From an uncultured Collinsella sp. (GTDB lineage: Bacteria > Actinomycetota > Coriobacteriia > Coriobacteriales > Coriobacteriaceae): 64,000 nt of DNA. Position numbers and translations under genes: made by a program. Position 1 is the first letter of the stretch. Every line of letters starts with the position of its first letter. Positions 38,095 through 45,851 of this stretch are shown here, piece by piece. Where the stretch lies: assembly GCA_958405565.1 (NCBI GenBank), contig CATYEN010000007.1:1609-65608 (forward strand), given 5' to 3'. Under the pieces are notes generated by a model. The model did no database searches, had not been told where the DNA came from, and saw only the letters and a program-made list of their open reading frames with translations.

Positions 38095-38448
38095 ATGCAG
38101 GCGCTCACCGAGGAGCTGGACGAGCTGACCGACAGGCTGGAGGCCGAGCTGAAGACCTGCAAGGAGTCGGGCTGCCAGTACGCCGAGAACGAGGCCGAGT
38201 ACCGCAAGGCCCTGCGCATCGCCATCCTGAACGAGCGCCAGAAGGGCACGCCCGTCACCATCATCGGCGACGTGTGCCGGGGCCAGGAGCAGATAGCGGA
38301 GGCCAAGCGCCGCCGCGACTGCTCCGAGGCCATCTACAAGGCCTCGCAGGAGGCCATCAACGTAATCAAGCTGCGCATCCGCATGGTAGACGCGCAGATC
38401 ACCCGCATCTGGAACAGCGGGGACGTAACCCAAGGAGGGTATCTATGA
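38095..38448 (+). CDS. Hypothetical phage protein
   Basis: 117-aa ORF that abuts the erf stop. It is predicted to be helical. Confidence 0.5.
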   Translation: MQALTEELDELTDRLEAELKTCKESGCQYAENEAEYRKALRIAILNERQKGTPVTIIGDVCRGQEQIAEAKRRRDCSEAIYKASQEAINVIKLRIRMVDAQITRIWNSGDVTQGGYL

Positions 38449-39014
38449 GCATCAACCGCGTGTGCATATCCGGCAACCTGACCCGCGACCCCGTGCTGCG
38501 CTCCACGTCTGGCGGCATGTCCGTGCTGTCCATGGGCGTGGCCGTCAACGACCGCCGCAAGAACCAGCAGACCGGGCAGTGGGAGGACCACCCGAACTTC
38601 GTGGACTGCACGCTGTTCGGCACCCGCGGCGAGAAGCTGGCGCAGTACCTCGCCAAAGGCAGCAAGGTGGCCATCGAGGGCAAGCTGCGCTACCGCAGCT
38701 GGAACGACCAGCAGACCGGCCAGAAGCGCAGCGCGCTGGAGGTCGTGGTGGACGAGCTGGAGTTCATGAGCGGCCAGCAACAGCAGCAGGGCTACGCGCC
38801 GCAGCAGTACGCGCCCCAGGCGGCCCCGCAAGCGCCGCAGGCCCGCACGTACGGCCAGGGACGCCCCGCCCCGGCACCTGCACCGCAGCAGCCCGCCTAC
38901 GCGCCGCAGCCGGCCACTCAGCAGGCGTACGCGCCACAGCAGCCCGCGCCGCAGCAGCCCGCGCCGCAGCAGCAGGCCATGCCTGATCTGTACGACGAGG
39001 ATATCCCGTTTTAG
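38445..39014 (+). CDS. ssb: Single-stranded DNA-binding protein
   Basis: ATG at 38445 after GGAGGG. The OB-fold N-terminus MSINRVCISGNLTRDPVLR is followed by a Gln/Pro/Ala-rich linker and the acidic tail DLYDEDIPF. Confidence 0.9.
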   Translation: MSINRVCISGNLTRDPVLRSTSGGMSVLSMGVAVNDRRKNQQTGQWEDHPNFVDCTLFGTRGEKLAQYLAKGSKVAIEGKLRYRSWNDQQTGQKRSALEVVVDELEFMSGQQQQQGYAPQQYAPQAAPQAPQARTYGQGRPAPAPAPQQPAYAPQPATQQAYAPQQPAPQQPAPQQQAMPDLYDEDIPF

Positions 39015-39033
39015 GGAAGGCGACGGCGACACT

Positions 39034-39735
39034 ATGGGCATGGTTATACACGACGACTTCTGGGCGGCCGCGCAGGCCATGCCCGAGAAGCAGCGCGCGC
39101 CGTTCATCTACGCCATCGTCGAGTACCGGTTCACGGGCAAGGAGCCGCAAGGCAGCCCCGCGTGGCTGCCTACCTTCCTGGTGCTCAAGGGCAGGCTCGA
39201 CATGGGCGACGAGAAGAGCGAGCGCGCAAGGAAGGCGGCCAACGCCCGCTGGGGCAACAGGCCGGGGAAGGAAGACGCGGTGGACGATGCGGCGGCACGG
39301 GCGCAAGCCGATGCGCAAGCACATGCGGGAGCATATGCGGATACAGGTGCAGTCGCACATGCGCAAGCAGATGCGGATGCACATGCAGGCGCATCGAGTT
39401 GCGGCAATGCAGAGGTTGAGGTTGAGGTTGAGTATATAGATAACCCCTTAATCCCCTTTGACGAAATCGTGCATGCGCTCAACGAGGCAGCCGGCACCCG
39501 CTACCGCTCAAGCAGCGCCAAGACCCGCAGGCTGATACACGCCCGCTGGGCCGAGGGCTACCGCCTCCCCGACTTCCTGGCCGTCATCGACACGATGGCA
39601 GCCGAGTGGGCGGGCGACCCGAAGATGGCCAAGTACCTGCGGCCCTCCACGCTGTTCTCGCCGAAGTTCGAGGACTACGTGAACCGCGGCACGAGGACCC
39701 GGAAGGAGGCCGACGGCTATGCCGAGTACGACTGA
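39034..39735 (+). CDS. Phage replisome organizer / replication initiator-like protein
   Basis: 233 aa. An N-terminal domain and a C-terminal block (IVHALNEAAGTRYRSSSAKTRRLIHARWAEGY...STLFSPKFEDY, the 'conserved phage C-terminus' type) are separated by a repeat-encoded Ala-rich linker. Confidence 0.6.
   Translation: MGMVIHDDFWAAAQAMPEKQRAPFIYAIVEYRFTGKEPQGSPAWLPTFLVLKGRLDMGDEKSERARKAANARWGNRPGKEDAVDDAAARAQADAQAHAGAYADTGAVAHAQADADAHAGASSCGNAEVEVEVEYIDNPLIPFDEIVHALNEAAGTRYRSSSAKTRRLIHARWAEGYRLPDFLAVIDTMAAEWAGDPKMAKYLRPSTLFSPKFEDYVNRGTRTRKEADGYAEYD
39295..39400. repeat. Tandem degenerate 12-nt repeats (about 8 units) inside the replisome-organizer gene; candidate origin iterons
   Basis: Units with 12-nt phasing: gcacatgcggg (39319), gcatatgcgga (39331), gcacatgcgca (39355), gcagatgcgga (39367), gcacatgcagg (39379). 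They are followed by (gaggtt)x3 and the AT-rich gagtatatagataa (39431-39445). Confidence 0.5.
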
Positions 39736-40447
39736 GTGCCCCCACTGCGGGGCGCAGCTGGAGGTCCGCTACGTGGTGCTGGCTGGCCGCCGCACCTTCT
39801 GCGGCTGGAAGCCGTGCGGCTGCCCGGGTGCCGTGGCGGAGCGCGACGAGCGTTCGCGCCTTGAGGCCAGGGCCAAGGCCGAGGAGGCCGCAGCCAAACG
39901 CCGCCGGGCCTACGAGCGGGCCGGAATCAAGCCACGCTTCATGACGGCCGCCTCCCCCATGGCCGAGGGCATCGCCGCGAAGGTTGAGCAAGGGCGTGGA
40001 GCGTACATCTGTGGCCCCGTGGGAACCGGCAAGACCCACCTGGCGAGCGCCGTGGCGCGCCTCCTGGTGGACGGCGGCACCAGCGTGAGGGTGACCGACA
40101 TGCTGGGCGTGCTGGCCGCCATCAAGGGCACCTACGGCGGCGACGGCACCGAGGACGGCGTGCTGTCCAGGCTCTCCCGCGTGGGGTGCCTGGTGCTGGA
40201 CGACCTGGGCAAGGAGTCCCCCACCGACTGGACGCTGGGGCAGGTGTTCCGCGTCGTGAACGACAGGTACGAGAACATGAGGCCCGTGGTCGTGACCACG
40301 CAGTACGGCAAGGGCGACCTCATACGCCGCCTGGCCAAGAACGGCGACGAGGAGACGGCGGTGGCCATCGTGAGCCGCCTGTCGGAGATGTGCGACAAGT
40401 ACGAGCTGCAAGGCAAGGACAGGAGGCTATCGAATGACAAACGTTGA
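39719..40447 (+). CDS. DnaC/IstB-like AAA+ helicase loader with an N-terminal zinc ribbon
   Basis: 242 aa. It carries CPHCG...CGWKPCGC, Walker A GPVGTGKTHL and Walker B LVLDDLG. Confidence 0.75.
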   Translation: MPSTTECPHCGAQLEVRYVVLAGRRTFCGWKPCGCPGAVAERDERSRLEARAKAEEAAAKRRRAYERAGIKPRFMTAASPMAEGIAAKVEQGRGAYICGPVGTGKTHLASAVARLLVDGGTSVRVTDMLGVLAAIKGTYGGDGTEDGVLSRLSRVGCLVLDDLGKESPTDWTLGQVFRVVNDRYENMRPVVVTTQYGKGDLIRRLAKNGDEETAVAIVSRLSEMCDKYELQGKDRRLSNDKR

Positions 40448-40829
40448 CACGCTGCCCGAGATCCTGCGCCCCCTCATGGAGGGGCCGAGCATCGAGACGC
40501 CCAGGTGCGCCGTGTGCGGCGCACCGTGGCCGCTCAACCGCCACCACATCGTGAGGCGCGGGGCGGGCAAGCTGTTCCGCGACGGGCGCGAGGTTCCCAA
40601 GCCCACGGTGATGCTGTGCGGCAGCGGCAACGGCAGCGGATGCCACGGCCTGGCGCACGCCAACCGGCTGCACTTCCGCTGGGTCAGGGCCGAGCAGAGG
40701 TTCAACCGCCTCGCCCCGCCGGGCTCGGGGCACTGGGAGTACCTGCTGCTGCCGGAGCCGACCAAGTACGCGGATGCCCTGGCCATGGACGGCTGGAGGC
40801 GGCTGCCGAGGGGCAGGCGGTGCATGTGA
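40434..40829 (+). CDS. HNH endonuclease
   Basis: 131 aa. CAVCG...NRHHIV...LCGSGNGSGCHGLAH matches the HNH beta-beta-alpha-metal pattern. Confidence 0.65.
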   Translation: MTNVDTLPEILRPLMEGPSIETPRCAVCGAPWPLNRHHIVRRGAGKLFRDGREVPKPTVMLCGSGNGSGCHGLAHANRLHFRWVRAEQRFNRLAPPGSGHWEYLLLPEPTKYADALAMDGWRRLPRGRRCM

Positions 40830-41074
40830 GCGGGTACGAGCCTTCAAGCGGGTGGAACCTCCCGCCCGGGTGCTTCGAGTCCGACCCCAGGGCACCGTGG
40901 AACCGGCCCGACCCGTGGGAGGGCCGCACGTGCCGGGAGTGCCGATTCTGCGGCCATGTGCAGGGCGCTGGCGGCGAGGCCGTGTGCGCCTGCGACGCCA
41001 TGACGGGCGGCGGCCCCGACGTGGAGGCGATTGACGAGACAAGCGAGGCATGCGAGTGCTTCGAGTTCGAATAG
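40826..41074 (+). CDS. Hypothetical Cys-rich phage protein
   Basis: GTG at 40826 overlaps the preceding stop. It carries CRECRFCGH...CACD...CECFEFE. Confidence 0.45.
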   Translation: MSGYEPSSGWNLPPGCFESDPRAPWNRPDPWEGRTCRECRFCGHVQGAGGEAVCACDAMTGGGPDVEAIDETSEACECFEFE

Positions 41075-41085
41075 GAGACGAAACG

Positions 41086-41289
41086 ATGAAGAAGATCTAC
41101 GCGGTGGCCACGGAGAGCGACGTGGTGCTGGCGTTCGAGAGCAAGCCGGACGCCGAGGAGTACGCGGGCGAGCACGACGGCATGGCGGTGCTGCCGGTGC
41201 CGTGCGTGGGGGCCTACGAGTACCCGAGCGAGCACTCGGCGACCGACTGGGACCATATCACCGACACGCTGCCGAAGGGAGGCGAGTAG
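41086..41289 (+). CDS. Hypothetical phage protein
   Basis: ATG after AGGAGA. 67 aa. Confidence 0.45.
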   Translation: MKKIYAVATESDVVLAFESKPDAEEYAGEHDGMAVLPVPCVGAYEYPSEHSATDWDHITDTLPKGGE

Positions 41290-41291
41290 CC

Positions 41292-41483
41292 ATGAAGGTG
41301 TACATGTGCGCATGCGAACGCTGCGGCAAGGAGGTGCCGGTGACCCTGAAGGGTTGCGCCAGGATGGTGCTGAGGAACAGCGCGCGAATCGACGGCAAGG
41401 CAAGGGCCTTGTGCCCGGAGTGCGCCGAGAGCCTGCGGGCGTGGTTCCTCTCAGGCGCGGCGAAGCCGGAAGGAAGGGAGTAG
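41292..41483 (+). CDS. Small zinc-ribbon protein
   Basis: 63 aa. It carries CACERCG...CPEC. The junction motif GAGTAGCCATG lies at its start. Confidence 0.5.
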   Translation: MKVYMCACERCGKEVPVTLKGCARMVLRNSARIDGKARALCPECAESLRAWFLSGAAKPEGRE

Positions 41484-41485
41484 CC

Positions 41486-41992
41486 ATGGGAATCATCTGC
41501 GAGACCTGCGGGCGCGATATCGACGCCCTGGGGCAGGACAACATGGGCGTGGACGCGCCGCTGTGCGAGGACTGCTGGAGCGAGCAGCAGAGCCACGCGG
41601 TGGCCGCGCTGAGGCGCGAGGTTCGCAACCTGAGATTCAAGAACGCCCGGCTGCGCGAGGAGCTGGACGCCGCGACCGAAGAGACGGCCGTGCAGAACCT
41701 GCGCCAGGGCATCGAGACGGCCTACGAGCCGAACCGCGAGCGCGCCCTGGCGCTCACGAAGCTGGACGAGTGCGAGTTGTGGCTGGGGCGCTGCGAACTC
41801 AAGGAGACGGCGGCGCCCGCTGCGGGCAGCGCGGCCCAGGAGGCGGCCATGCCTTGCCTCAAGGCCGAAGAGGCGCGCGGCTTCGCGATGCCCGACGTGA
41901 ACGTGGAGGCGAAGGCTGAGGTAACGGCCGAGGAGTTGGCCAAGGGCCTGCGCGAGGCCATGCAGCCGGTCATGCGGATGGCGGTGGAGTAG
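41486..41992 (+). CDS. Hypothetical protein with an N-terminal zinc ribbon and a coiled-coil region
   Basis: 168 aa. It carries CETCG...CEDC. The junction motif GAGTAGCCATG lies at its start. Confidence 0.5.
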   Translation: MGIICETCGRDIDALGQDNMGVDAPLCEDCWSEQQSHAVAALRREVRNLRFKNARLREELDAATEETAVQNLRQGIETAYEPNRERALALTKLDECELWLGRCELKETAAPAAGSAAQEAAMPCLKAEEARGFAMPDVNVEAKAEVTAEELAKGLREAMQPVMRMAVE

Positions 41993-41994
41993 CC

Positions 41995-42177
41995 ATGGAG
42001 CAGCAGACGAGGAAGAAGCGCCGCCCCAGCATCGAGGTGCGCTGCCCGAAATGCGGCATTCGCGAGATCTGGCACCACCTGCCCAAGGGAGGCGACCGCT
42101 GCCGCTGGTGCGGCCACCTGTTCGAGGACTTCACCTACCGAGAGGTAGGGCCGAGCGCGAAGGGGGCCGCGAAATGA
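41995..42177 (+). CDS. Small zinc-ribbon protein
   Basis: 60 aa. It carries CPKCG...CRWCG. The junction motif GAGTAGCCATG lies at its start. Confidence 0.5.
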   Translation: MEQQTRKKRRPSIEVRCPKCGIREIWHHLPKGGDRCRWCGHLFEDFTYREVGPSAKGAAK

Positions 42178-42395
42178 CGAACTGGGAGTGCCTTTTCGGC
42201 ACACCCGAGCGGGCTGTCCGAACGGAGGTGGAGTTCCACTCGTGGCCCTTCATCATCATCGTGAGCGAGACGCGCCGCATGAGCGAGTGCACTACCAGCG
42301 GCCGACTGCTGGCCCGCTTCTACACGGAGGCCGACTACCTGGAATGGCTCAAGGCCGAGCATGACGACGGCACCGTCGAGTTGGAGGACGAATGA
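42174..42395 (+). CDS. Hypothetical phage protein
   Basis: ATGA overlap with the preceding ORF. 73 aa. Confidence 0.45.
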   Translation: MTNWECLFGTPERAVRTEVEFHSWPFIIIVSETRRMSECTTSGRLLARFYTEADYLEWLKAEHDDGTVELEDE

Positions 42396-42526
42396 ACCGC
42401 CCGGGATGCAACTGGGGCTGCCTGCTTTTCATAGCGGCGGCTATCGCCATAGACGTGGCCGCGTTCTTCGCCATGCGCGCGCTGGCGGCCGGCCTCGTGG
42501 CCATGGCAGCGGCGGCGTGCGGGTAG
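42392..42526 (+). CDS. Small hydrophobic (membrane?) peptide, 44 aa
   Basis: ATGA overlap with the preceding ORF. Product: MNRPGCNWGCLLFIAAAIAIDVAAFFAMRALAAGLVAMAAAACG. It is below the ORF-track length cutoff. Confidence 0.4.
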   Translation: MNRPGCNWGCLLFIAAAIAIDVAAFFAMRALAAGLVAMAAAACG

Positions 42527-42553
42527 GGACAACCGAATACGGAAACAGGCAGA

Positions 42554-42574
42554 GGGCCGTCCTTCGGGGCGGCC
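42554..42574 (+). terminator. Hairpin at the end of the early operon, followed by conserved box A (42574-42594)
   Basis: gggccgtcc-ttc-ggggcggcc, then cttttccatgcccggcgacac. Confidence 0.6.
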
Positions 42575-42638
42575 TTTTCCATGCCCGGCGACACGCTTGC
42601 GACCATATGGGCCGAGAGATAAGGGAAGGAGGCCGCAG

Positions 42639-43070
42639 GTGCCCAAGAAGGACAAGCCGCTCACGGCGAAGCAGGAGGCGTTCGCCCGCGAGATGGCCAA
42701 GCCCCGCGCCAAGCAGCAGGACGCGTACCGCGCGGCCTACGACTGCAAGCGCATGAACTACAACTCGATAAGCTGCGCCGCCTCCAAGCTGATGCGCGAC
42801 CCACGAATCGCGCACAGAATCCAGGAAATCCGCGACGCGGCCGCCAAGGACTGCCGCTGGGAGCTGCAGGACGCGGCCGCCCCGCTGTTCGAGGTGCTGG
42901 ACGGCGCGCTGCCCATCTTCCGCCGCCAGGCGGCCGAGGGCAGCATCAACGGCGACGCGCGCCTGGCCATAACCGAGAGCGTGAAGCTGCTCAACGACAT
43001 GTTCGGCGTGGACGGCGCGAAGGCCGCCATGGCCGAGGCGGGGGTGACCATCGTTGACGACCTCGGTTAG
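42639..43070 (+). CDS. terS: Terminase small subunit
   Basis: GTG at 42639 after GGAAGGAGG. The sequence LTAKQEAFAREMAKPRAKQQDAYRAAYDCK...AASKLMRDPRIAHRIQEI matches the Terminase_2 pattern. Confidence 0.75.
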   Translation: MPKKDKPLTAKQEAFAREMAKPRAKQQDAYRAAYDCKRMNYNSISCAASKLMRDPRIAHRIQEIRDAAAKDCRWELQDAAAPLFEVLDGALPIFRRQAAEGSINGDARLAITESVKLLNDMFGVDGAKAAMAEAGVTIVDDLG

Positions 43071-44337
43071 GCTCTCGGACGTCGTTGCCTCCGTGTTCGC
43101 GGGCGTGTGGCGCTCCATCAAGGCGCACGAGTTCACGCACTACTGGTTCAAGGGCGGGCGCAACTCCACCAAGTCGTCGTTCATCTCCATCGCCATCGTG
43201 CTGCTGATCATGCTCAACCCGGAGGCCAACGCCGTCGTGCTGCGCAAGGTCGGCAACACGCTGCGCACGTCCGTGTACGAGCAGATAGGCTGGGCGTGCG
43301 ACGTGCTGGGCGTGGCCCGCCTGTTCGACTTCGGCCTGTCCCCCATGGAGGTGACCTACCTCCCCACCGGGCAGGTCATACGCTTTGTGGGATGCGACAA
43401 GCCCAAGAAGCTGAAGTCGGCGAAGTTCCGCACCGGCTACTGCGCCGTGGTGTGGTTCGAGGAGGTTGACGAGTTCGACGGCATGGACGAGGTGCGCAGC
43501 GTGCTGGCCACGTTCCTGCGCGGCGGCGACGTGTTCTGGGTCTTCTACAGCTACAACCCTCCCCGCTCGGCGCGCAACTGGGTGAACAAGGAGGCGCGCG
43601 ACCTGGAGGCCCACCTGGGCGAGGACGGGCGCTTCATATGCCACACCACGTACCTGGACGTCATAGACGAGCACCCCGAATGGATAAGCGCCACCGCGCT
43701 GGTGGAGGCAGAGCGCAGCCGCCGCAAGACCCCCGACTCCTACCGCTGGCAATGGCTCGGCGAGGTGACGGGCACCGGCTCCGAGGTGTTCCCCGACAAG
43801 CTGCTGGAAATCCGGCCCATAACGGACGAGGAGCGCGAGGCCATCGCCCTGCGCTCGTTCGGCGTGGACGCGGGCAGCGTGCACCCGTGGGTGTTCATGG
43901 AGGTGGGATACGACGAGAACGAGCGCGTGCTGTACCTGCTGGACGAGGAGAGCCGCCAGGGCGTGGACGCCGTCGACCCGAAGACCGCCGAGCTGGTGGC
44001 CTCGAAGCTGGAGGAAGCCGGCGACCCCGCCGCAGACGTGTGGTGCGACAGCGCAGCGCGCGGCATGATCCTCTACTACCAGGAGCAGGGCATCAGCGCC
44101 CAGAAGGCGTTCAAGCAGGGCCTGAACGCGCCCAAGAGCCGCATCAGGTGGATGCAGAACATCACGCGCATAGTCATCGACCCCGACCGCTGCCCGCTCG
44201 CCGCCAAGGAGTTCCCCGAGTTCGAGTACGTGTCGAACGGGCAGGGCGACATAACCGAGACACTGCCGAAGGTGAACGACGACGCGATAGACGCGGCGGG
44301 CTACGCCGCAGGACTGTGGATAAGGAGCAACCTCTGA
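43054..44337 (+). CDS. terL: Terminase large subunit (PBSX-type)
   Basis: 427 aa with a TTG start. A Walker A-like FKGGRNSTKSS is followed by a C-terminal nuclease region with acidic residues. Confidence 0.8.
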   Translation: MTTSVRLSDVVASVFAGVWRSIKAHEFTHYWFKGGRNSTKSSFISIAIVLLIMLNPEANAVVLRKVGNTLRTSVYEQIGWACDVLGVARLFDFGLSPMEVTYLPTGQVIRFVGCDKPKKLKSAKFRTGYCAVVWFEEVDEFDGMDEVRSVLATFLRGGDVFWVFYSYNPPRSARNWVNKEARDLEAHLGEDGRFICHTTYLDVIDEHPEWISATALVEAERSRRKTPDSYRWQWLGEVTGTGSEVFPDKLLEIRPITDEEREAIALRSFGVDAGSVHPWVFMEVGYDENERVLYLLDEESRQGVDAVDPKTAELVASKLEEAGDPAADVWCDSAARGMILYYQEQGISAQKAFKQGLNAPKSRIRWMQNITRIVIDPDRCPLAAKEFPEFEYVSNGQGDITETLPKVNDDAIDAAGYAAGLWIRSNL

Positions 44338-45851
44338 TGGAGAAGCGAGGCAACACGGGCTACGCCGAGGCGTGGCTGCGCCGCATGGGATACCAGCCAG
44401 ACACCCGCATGCAGGGCATGGTGGGCGTCTGGTTCGGCTGGTTCGCGGCGAACAACGGCTGGTACCACTACAGCGAGCGGCGCGGCTTCCGCGTGTACAA
44501 GCGCGAGCGCGCCAGCCTGCACCCGGCGGCGCTCGTGGCCGACGAGTGGGCCAGCCTGCTCATGAACGAGAGCACGATCATCTCCAGCACGAGCGACGAG
44601 CGCCGCGCCTGGATGGCGCGCTACTTCGCCAACCCCACGGCGACGGGCGGCGTCGGCGACGAGGGGCACGAGGACGGCCAGGCCGCGCCGCAGCCGGCAG
44701 AGGACGTCGACGCGCCCACATCGTTCGCCATGGACAACGCCGACTTCATAGCCCGCGCGTTCGCCATGGGCACGGGCGCGTGGGTCATCGAGCCGCGAGG
44801 CGTGACCGACAGCGCCTACACGCCCGACGCCGAGCTGCGCATCGTGCGCTACGACGCCACGCAGATAATCCCGCTCACGTGGAGCGCCGACGACTGCACG
44901 CAGTGCGCGTTCGTGGGCCGCGTGGAGGTCGCCGGGCGCGACTACGACCAGTGCCAGGCGCACGTGCTCGTTGGCGGCACCTACCACATCCTCACGCAGC
45001 TGTTCGACACCCGCACGCACAAGCAGGTGGCGGTCGAGGGCATCAGCGCCGACATGGACACGCGCTGCACCCGTCCGCTTTTCGCGCTCGTGCGCCCCGC
45101 CGTGTCGAACCGCTTCTACGACTACTGCGCGATGGGCGCGAGCGTGTACTGCAACGCCGTGGGGGCCATGAAGGTGGTCGACGAGGCCGCCACCTCCCTG
45201 CTTGACCACATCCGCGTGGGCCGCCCGCGCACGTTCGTGGACAAGACCCTCATTGAGTCCAAGACCGACAAGGGGCCGGACGGCAGCCTCACGAAGACCT
45301 ACTACGCCTTCGGCGAGGCCGACGACACCATCTTCAGCATGAACCCCGGCGACGAGGGGTCGGCCAAAATCCAGACCGTGCAGAGCGACCTCAAGGCCGA
45401 CGAGAACGCCAGCGCCATCAACACGGGCCTGCGCCTGCTGTCGGTGGCGTGCGGCTTCGGCAACGGCTACTTCTCCTGGGAGTCGCACACGGGCCTGAAG
45501 ACCGCCAAGGAGGTGGCGGCCGACAACTCGCAGCTGATGCGATCCATCCACCGCCACGAGAACGCCCTGCGCAAGTCCATCGTGCGGCTGGTCAACGGCA
45601 TGGCCGACGCGTGCCGCAGCATCAAGGGCGAGGCCGTGCCCTACGGCGACGTCACCGTGGACTTCGACGACTCCATCATCAGCGACACGCAGAGCGCCCG
45701 CGAGATGGCCATGAGCGAGGTCGGCGCGGGCATCATGGCCCCGTGGGAGTACCGCCGCCGCTTCTACGGCGAGACCAAGGACGAGGCGCAGGCCAACGTG
45801 CCCGAGCAGCAGGGCGGCGCGTTCGACATGCTGGGCGACGGGCTGGCCTGA
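44337..45851 (+). CDS. Portal protein (SPP1 gp6-like)
   Basis: ATG at 44337 overlaps the terL stop. The call rests on its 504-aa length and its position between terL and the head-morphogenesis gene. Confidence 0.7.
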   Translation: MEKRGNTGYAEAWLRRMGYQPDTRMQGMVGVWFGWFAANNGWYHYSERRGFRVYKRERASLHPAALVADEWASLLMNESTIISSTSDERRAWMARYFANPTATGGVGDEGHEDGQAAPQPAEDVDAPTSFAMDNADFIARAFAMGTGAWVIEPRGVTDSAYTPDAELRIVRYDATQIIPLTWSADDCTQCAFVGRVEVAGRDYDQCQAHVLVGGTYHILTQLFDTRTHKQVAVEGISADMDTRCTRPLFALVRPAVSNRFYDYCAMGASVYCNAVGAMKVVDEAATSLLDHIRVGRPRTFVDKTLIESKTDKGPDGSLTKTYYAFGEADDTIFSMNPGDEGSAKIQTVQSDLKADENASAINTGLRLLSVACGFGNGYFSWESHTGLKTAKEVAADNSQLMRSIHRHENALRKSIVRLVNGMADACRSIKGEAVPYGDVTVDFDDSIISDTQSAREMAMSEVGAGIMAPWEYRRRFYGETKDEAQANVPEQQGGAFDMLGDGLA

